Source: an archaeon (GTDB taxonomy: Archaea; Nanobdellota; Nanobdellia; Pacearchaeales; GW2011-AR1). Taken from it: a stretch of 55,201 nt of DNA. How positions within the stretch are numbered: the first letter of the stretch is position 1; each line of letters begins with the position of its first letter. Under the pieces are notes generated by a model. That model had not been told where the DNA came from. It saw nothing but the letters and a program-made list of their open reading frames with translations, and ran no database searches. Made by a program: the position numbers and the translations under genes. Shown here in pieces: positions 26,370 to 35,653 of the stretch. The stretch covers positions 1 to 55,201 of the forward strand of contig JAUXAD010000002.1 in NCBI GenBank assembly GCA_030620045.1, in the 5' to 3' direction.

Positions 26370-26681
26370 ATGAAAAGGATGAAAAGATTTTTTAATAATT
26401 TAAATAAAAAAGATTTATTAATCTATACTTTTATTAGCACTATTTTAATGCTCTCGCTTTCAATTTTTTTTAGGCTTTTTTTTAATCTCCGACATTTTCC
26501 AATTTATTTTGAACATTTGTATTGGGGGATTATTCTAATTCTTTTTGCATCTGTTATGTTATATCTGCAAGATAAATTTGAAAAAAAGATAGGAAGTAAA
26601 CTTATCGGAATTGGTTTAGGTTTAGTTTTAAGTGATTTAATTCATCATGCAATTTTTAAAATTCCTTTTACCTTGGGGTGA
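26370..26681 (+). CDS. small membrane protein
   Basis: 103 aa, three hydrophobic helices. Confidence 0.4.
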   Translation: MKRMKRFFNNLNKKDLLIYTFISTILMLSLSIFFRLFFNLRHFPIYFEHLYWGIILILFASVMLYLQDKFEKKIGSKLIGIGLGLVLSDLIHHAIFKIPFTLG

Positions 26682-26685
26682 TAAG

Positions 26686-27000
26686 ATGAAAAAAAAGGAG
26701 ATGACAAATTATACTAAGACAAAAATTTTTACAATAATTTTATGCTTAATTGTGATAATTCTTACTTTATTTGTTCAATTAAGAGGACAAAATACCATCC
26801 AAGAGAGATGTAGTTATCTAGACCCAATAATAGTTGATTTATTTGCTTTTGGATTTGCAATATTTTTAGTAATAGAAGGAACTTATAGGATAAGTGAACA
26901 TAAAAACATGGGATTAAAAAAACAACTTACAAGAAGCATAAGAATTTCTGTGGGTTTTGCAATAATAACTATTCATCTTTTACAAGTTCTTGCTAAATAA
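26686..27000 (+). CDS. small membrane protein
   Basis: Start taken at ATG 26686 (MKKKEM...), after the upstream stop. Three TM helices. Confidence 0.4.
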   Translation: MKKKEMTNYTKTKIFTIILCLIVIILTLFVQLRGQNTIQERCSYLDPIIVDLFAFGFAIFLVIEGTYRISEHKNMGLKKQLTRSIRISVGFAIITIHLLQVLAK

Positions 27001-29493
27001 TTAAAAATCCCCCAAGGTCATCTGTTTTTTCCCTGCAATAAGTTCTTTTATATTAATATTAAATACTTGAAAAATGTTTTCAACTGCTGAGAGGATTTGT
27101 TTTTCAAGATAATACTGGATGTTATATTCTCCTTTTTCATCAGGAAGTTTTACTTTATCTCTTACAAGTTTCTTTTTACCTCTTGTTTCTGCAATATAAT
27201 ATGATATTAAGTTTCCTTGGGTTATTGGAATTTCTTTTTCCAGCATTTTTTTTGCAGCAACGACATGTGGGGAAATTGATTTATACTCAGAAAGAGGTTT
27301 TTTAAGTTGTGTTCTTATGATTAAATCCTCTTTATTTATTTTTCTTTGTTTTACTTTTTTAATTATCTCTTTTAAATATTCAAGAGCTTTTTTTTCATTT
27401 CCATCTTGAAGAATTTGTTTTATAATTTTATTTTGCATTTCTCTTGCAAGATTACACCAGTCCCTTCTCACTGTTTCAAAACCTCTTATCTTTAATTTAT
27501 TGTCTTCACCAAGAAGAGCATATTTCTTTTTTGCTCCAATATCTCCTGCTCTTTTTGTAACCCAAATTCCTCTTTTAAAAAATCCTTCTAACTCAAGCTC
27601 CATTATTCCTGGAAGTTCTGAATTTAATTTCTTCAAAAGATTTTTGATTTCGTCTTTTTTTCCTTTTGTTAAAAATGCAATAGAATCTGTATCCCCATAA
27701 ATTACTTTATAACCCTTATTTTTTATTTTTTCAATTGTTTCCTTATTGAACTTTCTTACAAAAGACAATATTGCAGAAGAAGATTCCACTGAATAATATC
27801 GTGCTCCAAAAAATCCAATGTACCCATGAACAGAGGCAGATAATAATTTGAATGCATTACTTCTCGCTTTAGTTATAAAACTTGGATTTTTCTTATATTC
27901 TGATTTAAATTTTTTTCTTTTTTCAAATATCTCTTTTAATAATTCAGGAAAAAATCCTGGTTTTTTAGAAAAATAAAAACCATCAGGAGACTCATAAGAA
28001 TTTTTTTCTTTTTTCTCAAGCAAGGTTGACTTTGAAATGTTAAATGAAATAATTATACTTGTATGCATGGATGTAAAATCAAAAACAGCAAGATTTTCAT
28101 AAAGTCCTGGAGTTGGTTCAAACACAAAAGCTCCTTTTACTTTTCCTCTTTGTCTTCTTTCTCTAATCTCATCATATGTTGGTCTTTTTTCTGGTATTTC
28201 ATTAAACTTTTCTAAATTATGAAGAATATAAGATTCAACATATTTTGATAATCCTGCTCGTGAAACATCAAATACAGGTTCTTGAATGGTTCTTGTAAAT
28301 TCTAAAATATCTGGCCAGAATTTCTCAAGTAAATTATAAGTCAAAACAGAATCATGAAGATTATACTCAAAATATTTTTTCCAACCATCATCAGCAATTT
28401 TTGAAGAATGCTGAAATTTAAACTCTTTTTTCTTGTCTCCTAAAAATTCTTGCGCAACTTCATTCAAAGAAAGGGTTTCAGATTGCATATATTGTGCATA
28501 AGCTGTCCTAATAAACTTTATCAAATCAATATGAACAATTCCATTTATTTTTCCTGTCAAAACCCTTCCTCTAGAAAATTTTGGTTGGCTGTCATCTAAA
28601 CCTAAAGAAAGCCTTACATTATTTTTTTCTGCTCTTGCTTTTATGTATGGCAAATCAAATCCATCTGAAAAATATCCTACAAGAAAATCAGGAGAAATTT
28701 TTTTAACATATTCAACAAATTTTTCTAAAAGTTCTGCTTCATCTTTTACATATTCTACATAGTTTGATTTTGAATGTTTTACATGTGCTCCTTTCCAGGT
28801 TATAACTTTTTTGAAATTCTCTCCAACTAGAGAAATCATGATAATTTCTCCTTCTCCTATTTTAAATTCATCGCATTCTATATCATAAGCGAGAACCTTT
28901 GGAGAGAATTTCTTTTTTCCCACCGCATCTCCCCGACCACCCACCCCTTTTGGTGAAGCATTTTCTAATTTTATACACAAATCAACATCAAGTTTCATGT
29001 CAATTCCCCCAAACTCTAAGGAATTATTCAAAACTTCTCCTGAAATTTCATACCAGCGCAAAGGATTGATTTTCTTTTCTATAATGTAATGAGTTATAAA
29101 ACCCAAATCATATCCTCTTCTTTTTTCTATTTCAGGCATTCCTAATTCGCCAGCAATGTCATGCAAATCCTTGTAATTTGTCGCGAATATTTTTATTGCT
29201 TTAACTTTTTTCCCTGAAAAATTTTTCTCATGTAACTCCACTTTTTCAACTTTTGTTTGTCTTCCTTTCACATCAAGTTTTATCTTTTTGATTTTGTCAA
29301 GCAATTTATTTATTTTTTCCTGTTTCAGATTATCTTTCAAAATTGCCCAGAAATAAACAGGACAAGAATCAATTATACAAATTCTTTTTCCCTTGTCATC
29401 TCTACCAATTATTTTTGCGTAGTTCCTTCCTTGGAAATCAAAGTAATCATAATCCACTGGAATAAAGTCTGTTTTCATGAAAATATTGGGCAA
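27001..29493 (-). CDS. polB: family B DNA polymerase
   Basis: Exo motif YDIECD, Pol motifs SLYPSI-like (DFTSMHTSII), KxxxNSxYG-like (KLLSASVHGY) and YGDTDS. C-terminal PIP-like QMTLGDF. Confidence 0.95.
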   Translation of the reverse strand: MPNIFMKTDFIPVDYDYFDFQGRNYAKIIGRDDKGKRICIIDSCPVYFWAILKDNLKQEKINKLLDKIKKIKLDVKGRQTKVEKVELHEKNFSGKKVKAIKIFATNYKDLHDIAGELGMPEIEKRRGYDLGFITHYIIEKKINPLRWYEISGEVLNNSLEFGGIDMKLDVDLCIKLENASPKGVGGRGDAVGKKKFSPKVLAYDIECDEFKIGEGEIIMISLVGENFKKVITWKGAHVKHSKSNYVEYVKDEAELLEKFVEYVKKISPDFLVGYFSDGFDLPYIKARAEKNNVRLSLGLDDSQPKFSRGRVLTGKINGIVHIDLIKFIRTAYAQYMQSETLSLNEVAQEFLGDKKKEFKFQHSSKIADDGWKKYFEYNLHDSVLTYNLLEKFWPDILEFTRTIQEPVFDVSRAGLSKYVESYILHNLEKFNEIPEKRPTYDEIRERRQRGKVKGAFVFEPTPGLYENLAVFDFTSMHTSIIISFNISKSTLLEKKEKNSYESPDGFYFSKKPGFFPELLKEIFEKRKKFKSEYKKNPSFITKARSNAFKLLSASVHGYIGFFGARYYSVESSSAILSFVRKFNKETIEKIKNKGYKVIYGDTDSIAFLTKGKKDEIKNLLKKLNSELPGIMELELEGFFKRGIWVTKRAGDIGAKKKYALLGEDNKLKIRGFETVRRDWCNLAREMQNKIIKQILQDGNEKKALEYLKEIIKKVKQRKINKEDLIIRTQLKKPLSEYKSISPHVVAAKKMLEKEIPITQGNLISYYIAETRGKKKLVRDKVKLPDEKGEYNIQYYLEKQILSAVENIFQVFNINIKELIAGKKQMTLGDF

Positions 29494-29552
29494 TTTAGAT
29501 ATATAAAGCTAAGGTTAGTAATGTTTAAATATTGTTTTTTATCAGTTATTTT

Positions 29553-30125
29553 ATGGTTTCAAACAGTGATAATCCTTATATTGAATATTCTGATGAGAGT
29601 TTGAGAAAAGCTTATTGGGGACATGTTGATGAATCTGAGTCACTTATACAAGAAGGAAAAGAACCTGGAGAGGAGCATGATAAATCTGGAACTCAAATTC
29701 TAGATGCTATTTCTGCGATAATTGGACCGGGGGGAAGCATAATTGAATTTATTAGGGCTGGAAGAGGAGATTTAGCAAAGAAGGTAGATGAAATCCCTCA
29801 AGAGGAGAATGAAATAATTAGGGAATTGTCTCCTTTAGAGAGATTTTTTGAAGGAGTTAAGAAAGTTGTGCATAATACAGGGGAAGCAAAGATCGAATCT
29901 TCTTATGATACAAGATATGATGGGGGAAGTGGATATACTGTAATAGGGACTTTTAGATTGAAAGTAGCTGGGAAGATAACAGATAGTATAGATGATTGGC
30001 GTCATTATGATGATAGGAAAGAATTACAGGAACTCCAAGGAGATATAAGAGAGGCAGTTGTAGGAGGAGTTAAACCCTATTTGGTGGAGCAACGTGGAGA
30101 AAATTTTATAATTCATGAAAAGTGA
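29553..30125 (+). CDS. hypothetical acidic protein
   Basis: 190 aa from ATG 29553 (the track ORF begins at an upstream TTG). No motif recognised. Confidence 0.45.
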   Translation: MVSNSDNPYIEYSDESLRKAYWGHVDESESLIQEGKEPGEEHDKSGTQILDAISAIIGPGGSIIEFIRAGRGDLAKKVDEIPQEENEIIRELSPLERFFEGVKKVVHNTGEAKIESSYDTRYDGGSGYTVIGTFRLKVAGKITDSIDDWRHYDDRKELQELQGDIREAVVGGVKPYLVEQRGENFIIHEK

Positions 30126-30183
30126 AACTCATACTTTCACTTAAATTAGATAATTATTTATATTTCTTACTCTATTAATATAC

Positions 30184-31224
30184 ATGGGTTTAAACATTAG
30201 AGAAATTATTCCACGAAAAGAATTGAATATCTCAGAATTAAAAGGGAAACTTGTTTGTGTTGATGCTTTTAATGTTTTATATCAATTCTTATCTACAATT
30301 CGGCAAGTAGATGGAACTCCCTTGATGGATAATAAAAAAAGGATTACAAGTCATCTTTCTGGAATTTTTTACAGAAATGTTGCTTTGCTTTCTGACGGGA
30401 TAAGATTGGTTTATGTTTTTGATGGGGAACCTCCAGAACTTAAAGCAAAAACACATGAAAAAAGAGGACAAGGGAGAGAGATTGCAAAAGGAAAATATGA
30501 AGAAGCAAAGCAAAAAGAAGATTTAAGTGCAATGAAAAGATATGGAAGTCAATTAGTGAGACTTGATGATGAAATGATTAAAGAAAGTAAAGAACTTTTG
30601 AAAGCCATGGGAATTGCTGTTGTCCAAGCCCCAAGTGAAGGAGAAGCAGAAGTTGCTCATCTTTGTAAAGTAGAAGAAAGTGTTTATGCCGGGGTAAGCC
30701 AGGATTATGATACTTTACTTTTTGGAACTCCCAGATTAATTCAGAATTTGACTTTGGCAAGAAGAAGAAAAACTTTTTCTGGATGGGTAGAAATAAAACC
30801 AGAGATGATTGAATTGGAAAAAGTTTTGAATTCTTTAGAGATAAATTTAGACCAATTAATTTGTTTAGGGATACTTGTAGGAACAGATTATAATCCAAAA
30901 GGAATTCCTGGAATTGGGCAAAAAAGGGCGTTGCAAATTGTCCAAAAATACAAGCAACCTGTTTTAATTTTTAAAAATGTTGAAGAACAAATGATGAGTT
31001 TGAATGAAGAAGATAGATTTGACTGGCAAGAAATTTTTGAATTGTTTCATAAGCCTAAAATAGTTGATGCGGATTTTAAATTTGAAAAGATTAATGAAAA
31101 AAAAATTAAAAATATTTTAGTTGAGGAACATGATTTTTCTGAAGACAGAGTTGAAAAGCAATTTGATAGATTAAGAAAAATTAAAGAGAAGAATAAACAA
31201 AAGGGATTAGGAGACTGGATTTAA
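30184..31224 (+). CDS. fen: flap endonuclease 1
   Basis: XPG-N (VCVDAFNVLYQF), XPG-I (APSEGEAEVAHL, SQDYDTLLFG), H3TH (GTDYNPKGIPGIG). C-terminal PIP box QKGLGDWI. Confidence 0.93.
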   Translation: MGLNIREIIPRKELNISELKGKLVCVDAFNVLYQFLSTIRQVDGTPLMDNKKRITSHLSGIFYRNVALLSDGIRLVYVFDGEPPELKAKTHEKRGQGREIAKGKYEEAKQKEDLSAMKRYGSQLVRLDDEMIKESKELLKAMGIAVVQAPSEGEAEVAHLCKVEESVYAGVSQDYDTLLFGTPRLIQNLTLARRRKTFSGWVEIKPEMIELEKVLNSLEINLDQLICLGILVGTDYNPKGIPGIGQKRALQIVQKYKQPVLIFKNVEEQMMSLNEEDRFDWQEIFELFHKPKIVDADFKFEKINEKKIKNILVEEHDFSEDRVEKQFDRLRKIKEKNKQKGLGDWI

Positions 31225-31278
31225 AAACGTTTTTGAGATAATAACAATATTTATAAATTAAAAAGATGTCATGTAATT

Positions 31279-32217
31279 ATGAAAAGAGGAAAAGTCAGGA
31301 AGAGTAAGAAAAACCTTAAGATTTCTGGCATTAAAGACTTTGTTAATAATAAAAGATTATTAGCTGTTGCAATTGCAGCATTTTTTATCGTTGTAATTGT
31401 TTTGAGTTTTGTAAGTTTTGGAGAGAGTAATATTACAGGACAAGCCTCTTTTGGTGATAGACTTACAGCAGGAGATGCTGGAGGTGGAGGAGGAGAAGAA
31501 GTTGGGGATTTTATTATTGGTATAAATGCTGTTGGAGAGAGTGTTATTAAAATTTTAAGACCTATTGCAGAGTTTTTATTAGGGGATTTAGGGGGAGAGA
31601 TTACTGAGAAGTTATTATTTGCAAAAGTTTTATTTTTTGTTATTATTCTTGGAATTGTTTGGTTATCTTTGAAGAAGATACCCCTTTTTGATGAGAAGCC
31701 TGTTATTTTAAATATTGTTGCTTTTGCCGTATCTGTTTTAGCTGTAAGAGGGATTGCTACTGAGGGATTAATTAAGACGATTATGTTTCCCTCTGAAGTA
31801 TTGGGTTTAGCATTGGTTGCAGGTATACCTTTTATAATATATTTCACGATTGTTAATGTGGGGTTTAAAGGTAAGGAGTATTCTATTGTAAGGAGAATTG
31901 CTTGGATATTTTTTGCAGTTATTTTTATTGGATTATGGTTCTATAGAAAAATAGAGTTGGGAGATCTTCATTCTATTTATTTAATAACTGCTATTGGTGC
32001 AGGTATTATGGCAGTGATTGATGGAACTCTACAAAAATTCTTTTTAAAAATTGAGGAGCAAAAACTTAAAAATTTGAATAAACAGAAGAATGTTATGCAT
32101 TTGAAGAAAGAACTTGCAGAAATTGATGAGGCGGTTCGCGAAAAGAGAGTGACACTATCTGAAGCTAGGAAAATGAGAAAGAACTTAAATAAAGAGATGA
32201 AATATTTTACAAAATAA
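31279..32217 (+). CDS. polytopic membrane protein with C-terminal coiled, basic tail
   Basis: 312 aa with several TM helices. Preferred over the antisense ORF 31269-31847, which has low-complexity composition. Confidence 0.55.
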   Translation: MKRGKVRKSKKNLKISGIKDFVNNKRLLAVAIAAFFIVVIVLSFVSFGESNITGQASFGDRLTAGDAGGGGGEEVGDFIIGINAVGESVIKILRPIAEFLLGDLGGEITEKLLFAKVLFFVIILGIVWLSLKKIPLFDEKPVILNIVAFAVSVLAVRGIATEGLIKTIMFPSEVLGLALVAGIPFIIYFTIVNVGFKGKEYSIVRRIAWIFFAVIFIGLWFYRKIELGDLHSIYLITAIGAGIMAVIDGTLQKFFLKIEEQKLKNLNKQKNVMHLKKELAEIDEAVREKRVTLSEARKMRKNLNKEMKYFTK

Positions 32218-32261
32218 TCTTTTTCCACAACCTTTAATAATTCTTTTTTACTTTATCCTTT

Positions 32262-33038
32262 ATGAAGATCAGAGCATTTGATATTTTAGGGAATGCTGCT
32301 ATTGTTAAATTTCCTAAGGGGTTTAAACAAAAAGAGAAAAAGAAATTTGCTGAAAAGATTCTGAAAGATAATTGTTCTGTGAGAACTGTTTTGGAAAAAC
32401 TTGGAAGAGTTAAAGGCAGGCTTAGAAAAATTTCTACAAAGCATTTAATTGGAGAAAAGACTAAAGAAATTTTGTATAAAGAGAATGGATGTGTTTTTAG
32501 GTTTAACATTGATAAGACTTATTTTTCTTCAAGATTAAGTAATGAAAGAAAAGAAATTGCATCAAAAATAAAAAAAGATGATGAAGTTTTAGTTATGTTT
32601 GCTGGTGTTGCTCCTTTTTCAATTGTTATAGCAAAAAATTCTAAGGCAAAAAGAGTTTATTCTAATGAAATTAACAGAGAAGCAAATAAATATGCGAAGT
32701 TAAATATTGAATTGAATAAGGTAAAAGATAAAGTGGAAGTTATTCAGGGAGATATTAAAATGGTTGTTAAGAAGATTAGAAAGAAATTTGATGTGATTGT
32801 TATGCCTCGTCCAAGGTTGAAAGATAGTTTTTTAGAACAGGCATTTATGTTGAGTAAGAAAGGAACGAGAATTTATTATTATGATTTTTGCGAGGAGGAT
32901 AAAACAGATTTAATTTTAGAGAAAATAAAGCAAGAAGCAAAGAAGTTTAGGAAAAAAATAAAAATTTTGAAAGTAAAATCTGCAGGAGAAATTGCTCCTT
33001 ATAAGATTAGGGTTAGGGTTGATTTTGAGATTTTATAA
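32262..33038 (+). CDS. trm5: tRNA (guanine37-N1)-methyltransferase Trm5-like (Met-10+ family)
   Basis: FDILGNAAIVKFP start, SAM-binding VLVMFAGVAPFSI, DVIVMPRP catalytic-loop region. The short form lacks the D1 domain. Confidence 0.65.
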   Translation: MKIRAFDILGNAAIVKFPKGFKQKEKKKFAEKILKDNCSVRTVLEKLGRVKGRLRKISTKHLIGEKTKEILYKENGCVFRFNIDKTYFSSRLSNERKEIASKIKKDDEVLVMFAGVAPFSIVIAKNSKAKRVYSNEINREANKYAKLNIELNKVKDKVEVIQGDIKMVVKKIRKKFDVIVMPRPRLKDSFLEQAFMLSKKGTRIYYYDFCEEDKTDLILEKIKQEAKKFRKKIKILKVKSAGEIAPYKIRVRVDFEIL

Positions 33039-33088
33039 TATATGTTTAATAATATATAAAATATTATAAACTATTTACTTTTTGGTAT

Positions 33089-33364
33089 GTGATGGAAACT
33101 TTAGAAAATAAAAATTTGAAAGTTAACTTTATTGGAGATATTGTTGAAATTATATCAGAGAGAGTTAAAGACGTGGGAATAAGGATTGAACTTGTTAATC
33201 CTGCACTTACTCCTGATTCTCCAGAAAGAGCAATATATCGTGTTAATTTAATAAATTCGAGAGAAGAGATTCGTTCTGGTGGTGCATATGTTATGAGAGA
33301 TGGAACAATTATTAAATTTGGCAAGGAATTGAGTGAATATAAACGATCTCATCCTTGTCCTTAA
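33089..33364 (+). CDS. hypothetical protein (91 aa)
   Basis: ORF only. Confidence 0.4.
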   Translation: MMETLENKNLKVNFIGDIVEIISERVKDVGIRIELVNPALTPDSPERAIYRVNLINSREEIRSGGAYVMRDGTIIKFGKELSEYKRSHPCP

Positions 33365-33368
33365 GATT

Positions 33369-33410
33369 TTATAACCTCTTCTCAACCTTAATGGCAGTTG
33401 GGGCTTCTCC
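33369..33410 (-). repeat. displaced second copy of the herA-like gene 3' end (reads GEAPTAIKVEKRL*)
   Basis: 34/42 nt identical to 33492-33533. All 8 differences are synonymous or stop-to-stop. Confidence 0.9.
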
Positions 33411-33412
33411 AA

Positions 33413-33464
33413 CTCGAGCCCACACTCGTAATTAAGGGTGATAGAAAGACTCGTGTAAACTCTC
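33413..33464 (-). repeat. GC-rich dispersed module, herA-locus copy (within the 81-nt insert 33411-33491)
   Basis: Aligns with 20829-20880 (37/52) and shares TTAATTAC with the Glu-locus copy. Same orientation relative to the adjacent gene. Confidence 0.7.
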
Positions 33465-33491
33465 GCCATGCCAATGGCACTTCGTCTCGGC

Positions 33492-34805
33492 TCAAAGCCG
33501 TTTTTCAACCTTAATAGCAGTTGGGGCTTCCCCACCATGCCAAGTAAATCTTGGGCGTATTCTCATTGGATAAATTCTTTCTGAATTATCATCAAGAATT
33601 ATTGCAGAACCTTTTAAGCTTGGCAAATCATCCATATATTTTTTTATACTCTCAAGAAGATAACTTTGCATAATATGATTAAGGGCTTCTAAATCTGGCT
33701 GGCTAGTAACCCTATGTGAAATAACAATATCAGATTGAGTCATGACATCTGTATGAATTTTCCCTGGCTGTTGTGTCGCCAAAACCACAGAAATCCCAGG
33801 TTGTCGTCCCTCTCTTAATAATTGAATTAATGCGTCTGTTGCAGCTGTTTTTTTGTTTAAGGGTAAGAATTCATGTGCTTCATCTATGAATATCCAAACT
33901 AAAGGGGTTTCTTTTTTTTCTGAAGTTGATGAAAAATCGAGACCTTTTGAGACAGATTCTATTTCTTCTTTTTTTCTTGCGTCCATTCTCTGGTTGAAAA
34001 TCTTTCTTGAAATTAAACTGATGACTAAAGCTCTTACATTAAAAGCTCCGATTGAGCTATAAACACTTAAGTCTAAAACAGAAGTTGTTCCAGCAGAAAT
34101 TAAATCTTTTACTTGTGTTGCTTGCTTTGATTTTTTTGCAAATACCCCCCATGTATCTGCCGCTTCAAACAATCCTATGGCAGCATTTTTAGTTTCTCCC
34201 AAGGTTTTTTCATCCTTCTCTAAATTTGAAATTATTTCTTTAATATTAAATTCTTTTTGCTCTTCTTTTAATCTGGTTATAGTTCTTTCAATTAAAACTG
34301 ATATAGGGTTTGTTATATCTAAACCAAAAGTTATAATCCAATCTTCAGAATTTAGTTCTGTAACATCTAAAGCGAATTTTTCGTCAATAGGAATGCCTTT
34401 TTCTAAGTAATCATCATAATGTCCAAATGGAACAAAAACTTTTGTTGGAAGATTCTTTGATTTCAAATCCCAATCTTGTAATAATTTTTTATCCTTTTCA
34501 TTTGGAAATTTCATAGTCCAATAAATTCCCATTGTATCAAAAATTAAAGATGCAATATTTTGGCTTATTTCTGGGGGGAGGTTGGAAAGTTCTTCTGTTA
34601 TGACTCCTAATGTATATGACTTCCCGCTTCCTCTCTTTCCCGCCACGAGGACAACATGACTTCTTGCTACATCCATGAAAATTTTATTGCTTAGAGAAGT
34701 ATACTGACCCATTTTTACAAAACCTTTTCCAATAAAAATTAATCCTTTTTTACCAAAAACTTCTTTGTCACTTGCGCCTCTTCCAACTATAATATCATAT
34801 GCCAT
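33492..34805 (-). CDS. HerA-like / DUF87 P-loop ATPase
   Basis: Walker A GKRGSGKSYT, Walker B WIFIDEAHEF, downstream ATQQPG motif. 437 aa. Confidence 0.75.
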   Translation of the reverse strand: MAYDIIVGRGASDKEVFGKKGLIFIGKGFVKMGQYTSLSNKIFMDVARSHVVLVAGKRGSGKSYTLGVITEELSNLPPEISQNIASLIFDTMGIYWTMKFPNEKDKKLLQDWDLKSKNLPTKVFVPFGHYDDYLEKGIPIDEKFALDVTELNSEDWIITFGLDITNPISVLIERTITRLKEEQKEFNIKEIISNLEKDEKTLGETKNAAIGLFEAADTWGVFAKKSKQATQVKDLISAGTTSVLDLSVYSSIGAFNVRALVISLISRKIFNQRMDARKKEEIESVSKGLDFSSTSEKKETPLVWIFIDEAHEFLPLNKKTAATDALIQLLREGRQPGISVVLATQQPGKIHTDVMTQSDIVISHRVTSQPDLEALNHIMQSYLLESIKKYMDDLPSLKGSAIILDDNSERIYPMRIRPRFTWHGGEAPTAIKVEKRL

Positions 34806-34883
34806 AGTTGAAAAGAGTTGGGAAGATTTTTAATTGTTTTGTTTCACCAAAACATTTTTAAAAGATTTTTTCATACTTTTAAG

Positions 34884-35648
34884 ATGGAAGAAGAAAATAA
34901 AGAAGAGAAAGAAATTGAGGAGGTTGTAGAAAAAAAAGAAGAGGTTCCAGATAAGAAGGGAAAGCTTACTGAAAAAATGAGAGAAAATCCTTGGATTCTT
35001 TCAACACTTGTTTTAGGAATTGTAACTTTAATACTATTGGTTGGTAATTTTTCTGGAGGGATGACTGGAAATGTTATTTCTGCGGGGCAAGCAGGTGATG
35101 CTCTTCTTGATTTTGCAAATCAACAAGGAGCAGATGCAGAATTAGTTGGTGTTGAAGATGTGGGAAATTTTTATGAAGTTACTTTAACAATGGATGGAAG
35201 GGATGTTCCTTTAATGATTACTAAAGATGGAGAATATTTTTTATCAGGTGGTTTGGTTCCTTTAAATGATATTGGGCAGGAAGATCAACAACAAACTTCA
35301 GAAGAATACTCTGAAGAGGATTTGGAGAAGCTTCGTGAGTTTTCAAGTTGTTTGGCGCAAAATGGAATAAAGATTTATGGTGCTAATTGGTGTGGTTATA
35401 CAAAAAAGCTAGTTGAAATACTTGGTGGCTTTGATGTTGCAGGAGATGCTTATATTGAATGTACTGACCCTGAAAATGAAGAGATATGTTCTCAGATGGT
35501 GGATACAGGATATCCTACAATAAAACTTAATGGTGAGCCTTATACTGGTGCCAGAACTTTGGAAGATTTAGGTGAAGCGACAGGATGCCCTATCCCACAA
35601 GTTAGTAATGTTCAATCAACTTCAACTGAAGAAGCAAGTTGCAGTTAA
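34884..35648 (+). CDS. membrane-anchored protein with C-terminal thioredoxin/glutaredoxin-like fold
   Basis: Start taken at ATG 34884 (MEEENKEE...). One TM helix. IKIYGANWCGYTKK and YPTIKLNG resemble a Trx-fold, but only the first Cys of the CxxC is present. Confidence 0.45.
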   Translation: MEEENKEEKEIEEVVEKKEEVPDKKGKLTEKMRENPWILSTLVLGIVTLILLVGNFSGGMTGNVISAGQAGDALLDFANQQGADAELVGVEDVGNFYEVTLTMDGRDVPLMITKDGEYFLSGGLVPLNDIGQEDQQQTSEEYSEEDLEKLREFSSCLAQNGIKIYGANWCGYTKKLVEILGGFDVAGDAYIECTDPENEEICSQMVDTGYPTIKLNGEPYTGARTLEDLGEATGCPIPQVSNVQSTSTEEASCS

Positions 35649-35653
35649 ACTAA

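Noticed and set aside
31269-31847. 192-aa minus-strand ORF antisense to the membrane protein gene
   Set aside because: It has low-complexity, Pro/Ile/Thr-rich composition and is fully contained in the better plus-strand ORF, which has clear TM helices. It is a typical shadow ORF.
33369-33533. Diversity-generating retroelement (TR/VR pair) as an explanation for the duplicated gene ends
   Set aside because: The mismatches are not adenine-specific, and they are synonymous rather than diversifying. No reverse transcriptase is nearby.
33248-33538. 96-aa minus-strand ORF spanning both herA 3'-end copies
   Set aside because: It is in a different frame from the conserved GEAPTAIKVEKRL reading and overlaps the 91-aa plus-strand ORF. 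Its repeated KPQL.LRL peptide is just the repeat read out of frame.
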